In this document: positions 12,501 to 38,315 of the stretch, piece by piece
How positions within the stretch are numbered: position 1 is the first letter of the stretch
Layout of the letters: every line of letters begins with the position of its first letter
Assembly: GCA_013239625.1 (NCBI GenBank)
Contig: MU053588.1
Location: 3,438,799 to 3,502,798, forward strand
Length of the DNA stretch: 64,000 nt
Reading direction: 5' to 3'
Source of the DNA: Lama guanicoe
Taxonomy: Eukaryota
Position numbers and translations under genes: made by a program
The notes under the pieces: generated by a model
The model's database searches: none
What the model was told of the DNA's origin: nothing
What the model saw: the letters and a program-made list of their open reading frames with translations, nothing else

Positions 12501-14599
12501 ACATCCTAAGATAGAATAAAAACTCATCACATGGCAGTTGGCAGGAGGCCTCAGTTCCTCACAAAGAGACCTTTCCGTAGGGCTGCTTGAGTGTCTTCAC
12601 GCCGTGGAAGCTGACTCCCCCTGGAGCGAGTGATCCAAGAGAGAGCCAAGCAGAAGCCAAAATGTCAGCTGACCTAGCTGTATTCTCTTGGTCACACAGC
12701 AACCCTCATATAAAGGCAAAGGGAATTACACAAGGGGGCAGGATGTGTATCCCTTACAGAGGCTTCTCCCTGAACCCGTGGTTTGTAAATTCAATTCTAT
12801 ACTCAACGTCCCACATGAATGTCCAACAGGTAGTGCTTGACGTCATGCGTCCAAAGCAGAGCTCCTGCCTGCTCACCACCAGGCAAATCCAGTTGCTCAG
12901 GCCAAAATATGTGGAGTCACCCTTCATTCCTCCTCTCTCATACCTTCTATCTAGTCTCTTAGCATAGATCTCTTTGGCTCCACCTTCAAAACATACCCAG
13001 AATTCTCACCTCCTTGGCCCCCGCTACCTTGGTCCAGCCACCACTGTCTCCTGCCTGGTGACAGTAGCAGCTTCCTAGTGGGCTCCCTGCTCTTGCCCTT
13101 GGCCTCCCTACAGTCTGTTCTCAACACAGCTCCAGAGTGATCCTGTCAAAGCACAGCAGTCCTATGCTTAAAACTCTCCAGCAGCTCCCATCTGACTCAG
13201 AGTGAAAGCCAAACCCTTATAGAGTCCTTTGGGCCTTATACAGCTGGCCCCCATTGCTCCCTGACCTCATCTCCTCTCCCCCTGCACACCCCACCCTGGC
13301 CCCCACCTGCTCCAGGCTCCTCCAGCACCTCATGCTGCTCCTGCCTCGGTGCCCCTGTGTCCTGCTGAGTTGTCTGCCTGCCCTCCTCCCAGGCCCCATG
13401 CAGCTCATCCCCCACTGCTTTTGTCTACTTGCAGGTCCTCTTCTCAACGAGTATTTCCTAACGCCCCATCTCAAAATTGAACATCACTCCCCACCTATGC
13501 CCCCACCTCTTTTCTCAATTTTATTTCTCTCCAAAGCACTTACCACCATCTAACATACTACTTATGGTTACAGATCTATTTTTTTGTCTCTGCACACTGG
13601 AATATAATCTCCACGAGAACAGACTGTTATTCTGTTCTCTGCTGTATCCTCAATGCCCAGAACAGTACCTGGGAAACAGCAGGTGGTCAACAAATATGTC
13701 TGGCAATACTGAATGCATGAATCAGTGGCAGAGGATAGAAAACAAGCAGGAGGGAAAGACGAGGCAATTAGGAACTTTCCGTGAAGACACGAGGAAAGAG
13801 CAGGAAGAGAGGAGCGTAGGTAGGAGGTGAAAGGCAGGTTTAAGAACAAGTCCAAAGAAAGGGAGACAGGAGAGAGCAATGGAGGAGAGAATGGAGTTGA
13901 TAGTTGGAGAGGTGAGAGCGGAAGGGCACGGGAAAATAAGGGAACTGTGAGGAAGGAGAATGGGAAGTGAGGAGAGGGTAGAAGGAAGGTGAAAGGGCTT
14001 TCTGGGAAAGAGGAAGAGGTGAAGAAAGAGGTGAGGCAGGTAGAGCAGGGAGGTGTGGAGAGGGCCTGTAAGAACGGAGAGGACGAGAAGGAAAGGGAGG
14101 GGGCAGGGGCGGCGGCGAGGAGCGTGCAGGAGGGTGACCTCCGCGCCCGCCCCGCCCGCGCCGCCCCCAGGTGTCCGTGTGCCAGGAGATGCTGCAGGAG
14201 CTGCGGCACGCGGTGTCCTGCCGCAAGACATCGCGTTCCCGCCGGCGCCGGCGCCCGGGCGGCCCGAGCCGGGCCCTGCTGTCGCTGCGCGCCGTCCGTG
14301 AGATGCGCCTCAGCAACGGCAAGCTCTATTCGGCCGGCGCGGGCGGGGACGCGGGCAGCGCGCACGGGGGCCCCCAGCGCCTCCTGGACGATCCGGGGCC
14401 GCCCGGCGGCGCCCGCCCCCCCGCCCCCACCCCCTGCACACACGTGCGTGTCTGCCAGGAGTGCCGGCGCATCCAGGCCCTGCGGGCCTCAGGGGCCGGC
14501 GCGCCCACGCGTGGCCTGGGCGCCCCTGCCGAAGCCACCAGCCCGCCCCGGCCACGACCTGGCCCCGCCGGTTCCCGCGAGCTGGCCGAGCACGAGTGA
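335..14599 (+). CDS. GRIK5: GRIK5 glutamate ionotropic receptor kainate type subunit 5 (GluK5/KA2), 3' part only; join(335..508,8155..8320,8837..9062,10225..10353,10447..10568,14171..14599)
   Basis: Spliced translation gives M2 pore loop ([14 protein letters not shown]), M3 (SYTANLAAF), S2, M4 ([13 protein letters not shown]) and the GluK5 tail ([10 protein letters not shown]...RELAEHE*). All introns are GT-AG and phase-compatible. The 5' exons lie left of the window. Confidence 0.97.
615..765 (+). mobile_element. MIR SINE
   Basis: CAGCTCTGCCACTCACTAGCTGTGTGACTTTGGG..GCCTCAGT..AAATGGGGAT. Confidence 0.75.
1963..2450 (-). mobile_element. MaLR solo LTR (MLT1D-like)
   Basis: GTGGCTTAAAA..CAGTTCTGGAG..AGAAGTCC core; flanks TACCC/CACCC. 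Confidence 0.8.
4240..4340 (+). mobile_element. tRNA-derived SINE (camelid vic-1-like)
   Basis: GGGGAGGGTATGGCTCAGTGGTAGAG (A box), GGTTCAATCCCC (B box), AAAC tail, imperfect TSD. Confidence 0.85.
6014..6326. mobile_element. hAT-Charlie MITE (MER58-like)
   Basis: TIRs CAGGGTTGGCAAAC ... GTTTGCCTACCCCTG. Confidence 0.75.
7129..7280 (-). mobile_element. tRNA-derived SINE (vic-1-like)
   Basis: Reverse complement of the same A/B-box head with a T-rich tail; inside an L1. Confidence 0.85.
8155..8320 (+). CDS. GRIK5: GRIK5 exon (M3, SYTANLAAF)
   Basis: tcag|G..CAG|gtggg; [24 protein letters not shown]...TMTFFQ. Confidence 0.96.
8837..9062 (+). CDS. GRIK5: GRIK5 exon (S2 ligand-binding)
   Basis: ccag|AAT..CTGG|gtatg; [14 protein letters not shown]...KGYGIGMPL. 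Confidence 0.96.
10225..10353 (+). CDS. GRIK5: GRIK5 exon (S2)
   Basis: ccag|GC..AAAG|gtcag; [28 protein letters not shown]. Confidence 0.96.
10447..10568 (+). CDS. GRIK5: GRIK5 exon (M4)
   Basis: ccag|GT..GAG|gtaag; [30 protein letters not shown]. Confidence 0.96.
11170..13725 (+). mobile_element. LINE-2 remnant interrupted by an MLT1 LTR (~11803-12740), which is itself interrupted by another LTR (12032-12526)
   Basis: C-rich L2-like text and L2 3' end (AAATATGT..GAATGCATGAAT); inner insert is TG...CA flanked by TCAC. Confidence 0.65.
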
Positions 14600-14830
14600 C
14601 CATGGGCAGGGCCGGGCGGGCGCCTGGACTGACCCCCGCCGCCCTGGCTTCCCCAGTGGGCGAGAGACGGGGCTTGTGCTCCCGCGCGCCGGACGCCGCG
14701 ATTTTGCCTTCGGTTCCCGGTGAAGTCCGAGGCCCGGCTCCGGAGCCTGCCTGCGCCGCCTAGTGGACTCGCCAGAGAGTGCCGCGGACGCCCGCACTCC
14801 GTCCCCCACTGCAGACAAGGGGAGCGCAGG
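14100..14830. other. CpG island over the GRIK5 last exon
   Basis: Very GC-rich with dense CpG. Confidence 0.85.
14171..14599 (+). CDS. GRIK5: GRIK5 terminal coding exon (cytoplasmic tail with poly-Arg ER-retention motif)
   Basis: ccag|[34 protein letters not shown]...LAEHE then TGA; lies in a CpG island. Confidence 0.96.
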   Translation: MSVCQEMLQELRHAVSCRKTSRSRRRRRPGGPSRALLSLRAVREMRLSNGKLYSAGAGGDAGSAHGGPQRLLDDPGPPGGARPPAPTPCTHVRVCQECRRIQALRASGAGAPTRGLGAPAEATSPPRPRPGPAGSRELAEHE

Positions 14831-15122
14831 AACCCAGGACTCCAGGGGCTGGGGACTGCAGGGGCTGTTCCCGGAAGCGGGAAGCAGTCCGTGGGGAGAG
14901 CCTCATTCTGGGACTGCTCAGGCTCCCCAAGACTTGATGCAGCCCTCCCCACTTCTGGAGGAGTGGAGGGCTTCTGGGCAAATGGGTGTCCCCTGGTGCC
15001 CCTCGACTCTTCTCTTTCTCTCTTTTTTTTGGGGAGAAACCTCGGAATTTCTATGAGACCCCCCACAGGGAGGGGGTCAGTTGGGCCCCCATCCCCCCCC
15101 GCCACACTCCAGTCCCTGTTGG

Positions 15123-15128
15123 AATAAA
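15123..15128 (+). terminator. GRIK5 polyadenylation signal AATAAA
   Basis: First AATAAA I found after the stop (~520 nt downstream), followed by a GT/T-rich stretch (GGTCTTGTTT). Confidence 0.7.
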
Positions 15129-18100
15129 AAAAAGTACAAAACCCCAAAACTGGGGATACCCGGGTCTTGTTTCCTGGGGGTGTGAGGACACGGAAAGCTT
15201 GGGGCCCCCGGGAATCTGCTGAGAACCACAAACAGGATGGTCACTCCGACATTCTCTTTGATTCTCCGCCCTGTCCACAGACAGCAGGTCAGTCCAGATC
15301 CAGTTAGCTGGCCCTTCACCACTGACCTTCTCCCAGGACAGAAGGAGGCTGCGACAGAGACCCTGAGACAGATGGAGAGAGATGCAGGGATCTGGAGAGG
15401 CGGAGACACCAGGAAAAGGAGACACAGAAAGACAGAAACCAGATGGGGCTGGGGGAGGGGAGGGCGAGTAAGCTGTTAAGTGTGGTGGTGCCTGGGGTGG
15501 CCTGTATGTGTGTCTGGGCTGGGGTAATTTGGCGACTTTACAGTCGTGTGTATGTGTATACGTCCGTGAGACCATCTTCAGCTGTCTGTGACTGTGATTC
15601 TGTGTTTCTGCGGAAAACGTACCTCCCCAGCCCCCAAGAGAGGAAATGAGAAATCCCAGTTGCGGGGGAGGTGGGGGGAACGCAAGGGAGGCTGAAGGGC
15701 TAGTTGAGCTGGGAGAACGGGTGGGTCTGCTTTCTGTCCCCGCCCTCCCCCGCCCCGCTGGAGGTTTCTGTGGAAACTGCAGCTGAGAAAGGACGAGTGA
15801 AGGTCACACAGCGAGAGCCAAAACGAGGCCGAGTAGAAGGGGGAGAGATGGAGAGGTGGGGAGAGAGAGATGGGGCAGGCATAGGGAAGAGACAGAGATG
15901 AGGAGAGACAATGGGAGGCAGAGAGGGATGGGAAAAGAGAGGGCAAAGAGGAGGAGACAGGGAGAGATACCATGATGAGTGGAAGAGAATGAGACAGAAT
16001 GGAGAAGGGGACGAGATGGATAGGCAGAGGGGGTTACAGGGGAAGCAGGACGTTGAGACCCAGGGAGTTGAAGCTAAGAGAAACAGAGATTGAGGTCGAA
16101 CAGAGACAGGTGGGAGACAAGAAGCCTTAGAAAACTAGATGGTGACTATAAGGAGCTGCAGCAGTGAGAAAAGCTAGACTGAGAGGGACGGAGCGAGGGA
16201 AAGGAGGGAGGCTGGGTCCCGCCCCTCGGGCAGGCGGCCCAGAGCACGGGAGCTGTCCGTTCAGCACCGGCCTGGTGGGCCTGGCACAAAGCATCTCCCT
16301 GTCTCCCCTGTAAGGCCTGCCTGACTAACTTTGCAGTGCTTAGGCGGGCCACACCCCAGGGGACCCTGCCTGGCACACAGCACCCCCAGTCTCCACCTGG
16401 CCCCTTCTGTGTCTCAGACACTTGTCATATGTGTGCCTCTCAGAGGCAGATGTGGGGGCAAACTTGTGTCTCAGGGTCCCTCAGTTGTTCCTACATCTCT
16501 TACAGACCCTAATCAATGTCTCTGCCCTTGGGCTGGACTGTTAGTCTGTCAAGGTGACTAGAATGTGATTGCAGACGTTTCTGGTCTCTCCCTCTCTCTG
16601 TTCAAATACCAAGCAGCAGATCTCCTCTGGGGTATCTCTGAGTCTCCCCAGTTTGCCAAACGTGTCTGCCTGGCTTTCTATGTCCCTGTGCCTCTTTGTC
16701 ACCTTCACTAAGTAGTTCTGTTGATCTATCTCCCTCTGTGTGTTTTCTTATTCTGTTTTTGTCAGTCTTTCTGTTCATATCTGCCTCTCTCTGCTTCTGA
16801 ACTGTGTGGGTCCATTTCTCCTCTTAAGTCTTTCCTTCTGTCTCTCTTGCTGAGTTCCCCGTCCCTGTTCATCCTGTGACCTTCATAAATCTTCCCTCCA
16901 CCCCACCCCCCCAACTTCTGCAGAGCATCGCACTGGGAGCACGATGCACAGTCATCAGTCTCAACAGACTGAGGAGAGAGTGCATAGGTGGGACATGAGC
17001 CTGTGTCTGGGGTGTGGTGTGGGGGACCAGGTCTCCCCCAACCTAGCTGGAGAGCAGGAGGGAAAGCCAAGAATCTCCTGGAATCCTGACACCTCTAGGC
17101 TTCTCTGAGCCCCCAATCCCCTTCCCCATGGTCCAGGCCCATCCCTGAAGGACGTGGTGTTAGGAGAGGAAAAGGATAATGTGTTGACAGGCCTTCCCTC
17201 CCTCCTTTCCCCTGGAAGGGGGCACAGTTGGGAAAGCGTCCTGGAGGCCAACTACCAGGGCTAGAAGATGTGGCTCCCCTCCCTCCCCAGTCTCCATGGA
17301 GACAGGCCAGGTCTGCAGGCCCAGCCTCCTTTGCTGCATCTGCAGCCTCCCTGTCACTATGGCAACAAGGGACAGCAGGGTGGGATGGGGACAGGTCAGA
17401 GAACAGGATTGGGCTGAGGCTCTGGGTGCTTGGGGAAGCCAGGGAACCCACTTCCCTGCCCCCTTCTGTTCTCTGGCCCCATCTCCCTGTCTATGCCCAT
17501 CTCTCAGTGGCTCTGAATCTCTGACTCTGTCTCTCTCGCCTTCGGCCTTTCACACATTTCTGTGACCAGTTCCTTAACCTTCACCACCTGCCTATACACA
17601 AGGCTCACTCTGGGCTGCTTGTCTGTCCCTCACACCTTCACTCCCATAGGTGGGGAGGATACCCACGTTCTAAGAAAGCTACAGAGACAGGCTATTGCTA
17701 GCTCTCTGCCCTTCTACTATCCTCAGAGAGAGTCTGGGAGTGTTCCTCATAGAGCAGAGAGGTGGGGGTGGGAGGCTGTAATTCCTCAGGCTCCAGTGGG
17801 TGGCTGATGAGGTGTTGTGTGTTATGTGGCAGGCCTGGAGTGTGGGTGCCAGCTATGCATCTGTGTGTGCATACACATACTGAGATGGGATATGCGTGGA
17901 GTGTGGGTGTGGGCATTGGGGGTGTGTTTGGAACTACAACAAAAGTGTATAAGATAGCATTTTGCAATATATGATGTGTGTAGTGTGCGAGGTGTGTGGG
18001 AAGGTGTCATGTGATCTGTGTCTGTGAATTATTGTCTTGTGTGAGTCCGTGTGCGCTTTTTGTCTGTCATTCACAATAGCAACGCTTTGGCCTTGCTAAT

Positions 18101-18989
18101 TTTGCACTTTGGGCCTTTGCTCATGCCCAGGTATATTGGGGAGGACTGCTTGTGATGATGTGTGTGATGTTGTATGACTATGCAACAGTGTCCACAAAGG
18201 TTCATGTAAGGTCTAGGGCAGTGTGAGACCTGTGCGTATGCGATGGTTCTGAGGGTGGATGTGTGTTGATTCATGGGTCCATGGGTTGTGTGGTTATAGG
18301 TCTGTATATGAGATGGTTCAAGGTCAGTGATGATGGAGTTGGTGATGTGTGTGTCTGCAATGTAGTGTTTTGAGGGTGTGTGTTAATCTACATAGCGTTT
18401 TATGACTGATTATGATTCTGTTGTGATGGAGGGTGCAAGGTGTGTGTTCTATGTGTGTTTCATTTCTACATGTTTGTGAGTCCTGGGTTGTTTGACGGGA
18501 TAGTATAGTGTGTGTGTGTGTGTGATGGAATGTGATTGTGCAATTGGTGGTGTGTGATGAAGTGGTGTATGTGTGTGTCTGCAGAATCTGTGCTAACTGG
18601 GTACTGGTCGTGTGTGAGTATGATGCTTGGTGAGATCCTTTGGCTGTGATGTGTCTCTTGGGTACCTGTGCTGTTGTGTCTCGTTGGCCATAATGTGTGT
18701 GGAGGACACACAGTGTGGGGGCCTGAGGGGTCCTCTCCCCTTTGCAGCATCCCTGCTCATTGTGGGGTCTTCCTTGTCTCTTGTGTCTCCTGAACAGCAC
18801 CCCCCCAGTCTTCAGGGTTCCCCCTGCCTCACTGCAGAGGGAGGTGCTCTGGCCCCCTGCCTAATTGCTGTAGTTTAAGGGGCTTTCCTCCCACCTGGTG
18901 TCCACTTTCCACCGCGCACCCATCTATCTGGTGGCCTACCCCCACAATGAGGGGACTTCCAGGGCCCTCCCACCCTCAGCGCTCTCTCC

Positions 18990-19640
18990 TTGGAGGCGAC
19001 ACCCCACACTGCGGGGGTCTCCAGGCCCCTCATTGCGGAGGTCTCGGGGATCTCCGCCTCCCGCAGCGCTCCCCCTTCTCCGCGGCGCCGCCACTTTGCG
19101 GAGGCTAGAGGGCGGGGAGGACAGCTGCAGTACCGGGGGCGGGGCCGCGGGCCATCCATCAGGGCGATGGCGCCCCTGATTGGTCGGCTCTGGCCCCCCC
19201 GCGGGCGCGGGCATATGAGGAGGCGGAGGCGGCGGCCACCGCAGACTCTGTGCGGTAGGGCTGACGGCCGGACGGACCCTCGGACCAAGGCGCGGGCGCT
19301 GCAGAGGCCCCCAGCCCGAGCCCGCGCCTGAGCCCTCCCTGAGGCCCCTGCCCCGGCCCCCGCCCCGAGTGCTCGGGCCGGCCAAGAGATGCGTGTGGGT
19401 GACACTGTGGGTCCAGTGACATTGGGTATCTGTGGGGGGCGGGGGCTCTGGGACCCCTGCTCTCCGGGACCCCGGTGCAGGACCCTGTGAGCCGGCTGAC
19501 CCGGCCTGTCCGTGTGGTGTGTCTCTGGTTGAATGTGTCCCTGGGGCCCCGCGTGGGTCAGCGGGGGTCTGTGGCGCATGTTGGTATGTCCTTTGTGTGC
19601 GGGATCCGCGGGGCACGGACCGGCCCTCAGCATATCTGCC
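18990..19640 (+). promoter_or_regulatory. ATP1A3: ATP1A3 CpG-island promoter and exon 1 5'UTR
   Basis: GC boxes (GGGGCGGGG), inverted CCAAT (ATTGG 19179-19183), CATATGA at ~19212. 19243-19365 resembles the ATP1A3 5'UTR as I recall it (CTCTGTGCGG...GGCGCGGGCGCTGCAGAGG...CCTGAGCCC). Confidence 0.85.
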
Positions 19641-19667
19641 TGACCTAGTGCGGTTGCCTGCTCAGTC

Positions 19668-19670
<3 letters not shown>

Positions 19671-19702
<32 letters not shown>
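19671..19702. repeat. (TG)16 microsatellite
   Basis: Perfect dinucleotide run in ATP1A3 intron 1. Confidence 0.95.
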
Positions 19703-19704
<2 letters not shown>

Positions 19705-22239
19705 CTCCTGGCTGTCAAGCACTGCGGCACCGTTTGCCTACGATTGTGTGGCCTGGGTTGTGTCTGAGTGCCCACAACCATGTCTAGGTGTGTCTGAAAG
19801 CTGGTGTTTGTGTTTGGAGGTGTTGAAGCCTGTCTGCTTCCCTAGCCAGGTGGGGACAAGTCCAGACTATGGGGTGAGCACTAGATGACCTCTCTTTCTC
19901 CTTCCAGGCCTGCCTGGATGGGGAGGGTTCTGCAGTGTGGAGCAGCCTGGGGCTGCCGTGTGTGTCTAGCCCCTAATCTGGGGGGGCAGATATGGGGTGC
20001 TGGGAGGAGCAGGAGAGCCATGGCAGGGAGACTGAGTGCCTGGCTGAGGGTGTATGTGTGCAAATGCGTGTGTGTGCAGCTGGGGGAGGGTGGTGTTGTG
20101 CATGCCTGGCTATGCCCTTGCCTCCGTGTCCGTGTGTCCTTGTCTGTCTGTGAGTCTCTCCAGCAGATGCCGCCTCCTTCCCTGGCTGACCACCTGACCC
20201 CCGCTGCAGCCCTGGATTCCTCCCTGAGTGTCTGGGGCGGGGCCATAAGGGGTTGGGAAGGAGGGGAGTGGGCTGGGAGGGGTGGGATGAAGACAGAGAG
20301 AGGGTTGGGATGGGCGAGGCTAATGAAGAGGGAATAAGAGGGGTGGGGAGAAAAATGGCGGATGAAGGCTGATGGGCCCAGGGATGGAAGTGGGGGATGG
20401 GGCTACAGATCTGTGGATTGGGGTGGGCAAGGGGGGAGGGGAAGAAGAATTGGGTGGGGAGAGGACAGGGAGAGAGAAGGGGGAGGTGGGAAACAGTGAT
20501 GGCTTCCAGGTAAGTGAAAATGGAGGGGAAGCCGTGGGCAGATTGGAGGAGAGGACTGGGGCTAAGTGACTTAGAGAAGAAAGGAGGGGGTCTTAGGAAA
20601 AGACATGGGGACAGGAGGAGAAGTGAGGCGCTTTAAACATGGGAGGCAGAGACTGAGAGGCAGAGACATAGAAAGGGGAAATGGGCAGACACAGAGAGAT
20701 GCTCTGAAAGAGACATAGACAAAGAGAGACAGAGAGACATGGAAAGATAAAGAGAGACATGGGGGAGACATAAACATGGAGAGACAAAGAGAGAAACCGA
20801 GGCTAAGGTGAAGAGACCCAAGGACAGATGTTTCCTATCCAGAGACAACCAGAGGCGTCCTGAATGATAGCAAGAGGGAGCAGGGGGGAAAAAGAGGAGG
20901 TCTAGGGAGAGATGCTGTGCTGAGGCCTCAGACACCTTGAAAGGGGGAGGGAGAGGCTGGCTGAGGTGCAGAGGCTGCATGAGCTGGAGGGCGTCAGGGG
21001 AGGCAGACAGCATGGAAAATGGCGAGGAGCTGCAGAGGCAGGCTGCAGCGAGACAGGCGTGTCCCCCACCCTCGGAGGTGCTCCCGCCCCGCAGTGCGCC
21101 CATCTGGGCCTCCTGCCTTGACTGGGAAAGCCTCAGCTCCCCCTCCAACAGATGGAAGCCCGCCCCCAAGGGAGTCTGGTCATGGCAAGGGCAAGCGGGA
21201 GCCAAGGCTCGCCTGCCAGGGACTGGGGTATCCCAGCCCCTCCTCCCTCAGACCCAGGAATCTTGAGTCCCCAGCCCTAGGCCTCACAGGGACCCAAGCA
21301 TCAGCTCCCCAGCCTTCCCTGGGTTTCAGGGGTGGGCAGCTGGTTTTCTCACCAAATTCTGCCAGGCCTCCATTTCTCTCCTCTCCTGCCTTCCCCCTCA
21401 TATCTTTAACTTGACCCCATCACGTTATATCTCCACTCTCCATCCTTGGGTCTACTTTGTGGAGTCTGAGACCCCTCCTGGGGCAAGGGGTGGAGGAGTG
21501 TCCTCCCTGTCCCCCAAAACTCTGTGTTTCCATGTCAGACGCAGTGCTGCTGCAGGGCTGGCGCAGGGCCAAGCCTCCCTCCCACCCCATGAAACCTTCT
21601 TAGGGGCTCGCAGGCCTCCAGGCTGCAGTAGCCCCCAGGCTCAGCCTCTGGGTCTGGGGGCAGACAGCAGGCAGCTCAGCCCTCTACAAGGTCACGAGGG
21701 GATTAGCGCTGAGCTGTGCTGAGCCTGGGATCCCAGCTTGGCCCTGGGCCCGTAGGATCTGTCAGCAGCCCTCTACCAGCACCCGGCCTCGCCCCACCCC
21801 TCCTGCCAGTCTCCGAGGACACTGACTCCCCATCTGCCCAGGCCCCCAAACTGGAACTTCAATTACTCCCCCTCACACTACATCCACTTCAAGCCACGGG
21901 CTCTGCCTCTTGCCCTACTGCACCCCAAATCCCAGCCAGCTCCTAGTCTGTCCTCCAGAGACCTAACTATGCCCACCCCCTGTTTAAACCTACTCATGGC
22001 TCCCACCCACTCCCAGGAGAGAGACTAAGGCCCACAGTTTGTCAATCCAGACCCTCAAGACTGACAGCATATCCAGCCGGACCACCATCCCTGTGCACAG
22101 CAGGCTGCCTCCAGACTGTTTTCCCAACTGTGACTAACATCTGGAGTGCCCTTTCCCCTTCCTTTCTGCCATGCCAGTGAAGTCTCCCAAGATTTTCTGG
22201 GTCCTTTGAGAGACAGAGACATCCATGGGGTTGGGGAAA

Positions 22240-23230
22240 AGAGCCAGACAGAAAAGACCAGGAGAGTGGCATATGGGGAGACCTGGAGCTGGAACAGAGG
22301 ACAGAGATGCTGAGATGGACTCAGAGAGAGAGAGACAGGGATAGAGAGGAAGATGGAAGAGCGAGACTGTGAGAGATGATTGAAGCAGGAGAGACAGATA
22401 AGGAGAAACACACCAAGCATTACAGAGAAGGAGGAAGCCTGAGAAATGAAGACAGAGACACAGTGCCGGAGAAGCAGAGATAAGGATGGAGAAAGACATA
22501 GAGACAGAAAATATTGACACTTGGAGACAGTTTGAGATCCCAACACACCAACTTGGAAAGAGATAGGAACCCAGAGAGAACCCAGAGAGACAGATTCAGC
22601 CAGACTCGGGAAGAGTTCAAGAGATAAAGACAGATATTGTATGAGACAGAAAACATAAAGAACCAGAGATCAGAGGGAGACAAAATTATAGAGAGATACA
22701 CGCAGAGAGACTCAGACAGAGAGAAAGACAGACAACACAAAATGGTGAGGGAGGGAGAGATCAATGAAACAGCCACAGAGATACAGAGATACACACAGAT
22801 GCAGAGATGGAGAGATAAGAGGTACAAGGAGACAGAGAGAACCAAACTAGAATAAGGCAGAGAGGCATAGAGGCCTGGAGAGGCAGATCCAGAGAGAGAG
22901 ACAGATAGACAAAAAAAGATACATGGAGAGAAAGACAGACACAGTGAGAGACAGACACTCATGGAGGTGGGGCAGGCCCAGGGAGAGAGGGAAGGAGACA
23001 GAAAGAGACACACAGATAAAAAGACTCAGAGACTGAAAGGGAGAGACCCACAGAGAGAGAGAGAGAGGCACAGACAGATCCAGAGACCCTCAGGGACAGA
23101 GACTGAGAGATACACAGAGCCAGAGACGAGGAGGCCAAAGGGAAGAGATGAGACTTGGGAGTTCTGAGAGACACCCAGAGCCAGAGGGAAGCCCAGAGAC
23201 ACAGGGCAGAGACAGACTGAGCCCCAGAGT
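22240..23230. repeat. GA-rich low-complexity purine tract
   Basis: AGAGAC/AGAGAG-rich for ~1 kb. Confidence 0.85.
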
Positions 23231-23347
23231 CAGCCCCTGGCCAGAGTCACAGCTGCACAGACAGGCACACAGGGCCGGTGTCCCCTCGTAACCCCTTCTC
23301 GCCCGCAGTCTGGTGGCTCTGACAGCTATCGTGTCGCCACCTCGCAG

Positions 23348-38051
<14,704 letters not shown>

Positions 38052-38309
38052 CCTCAACCCCACCACAACCACATCGCGGTCTCTTCCCTGCCCCGCCCCC
38101 CAAGCCCAGGACAGCCCACTCCAGTCCCCACCCATTTTGTAATTTGGGGGAAGGGGCACCTGCCTCTCTCCTCTCTCTTTTGTGTGTGTCTGTTCTTCTC
38201 CCTCTCCTCACCCCTGCTTCCCAGCCTCCTCTCGACCCCCTCCCTGGGCTCTTTTTTACTCCCCCTTCACCCCCTGGCTGATGCCATCTCTGGTTCTGGA
38301 CAATTATCA

Positions 38310-38315
38310 AATATA
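38310..38315 (+). terminator. Probable ATP1A3 variant poly(A) signal AATATA
   Basis: No AATAAA seen near the stop; AATATA is followed ~20 nt later by a GT/T-rich element (GGTGTGTGTGTCGTGCTTCTTTTCT). Confidence 0.6.

Noticed and set aside
13568..15231. Long alternative-frame and antisense ORFs (up to 301 aa) over the GRIK5 last exon
   Set aside because: Explained by extreme GC content and GA/CT low complexity; no protein family resemblance.
18875..19633. 252-aa and 226-aa minus-strand ORFs at the ATP1A3 promoter
   Set aside because: Stop-poor CpG island sequence; Pro/Arg/Gly-rich with no domain.
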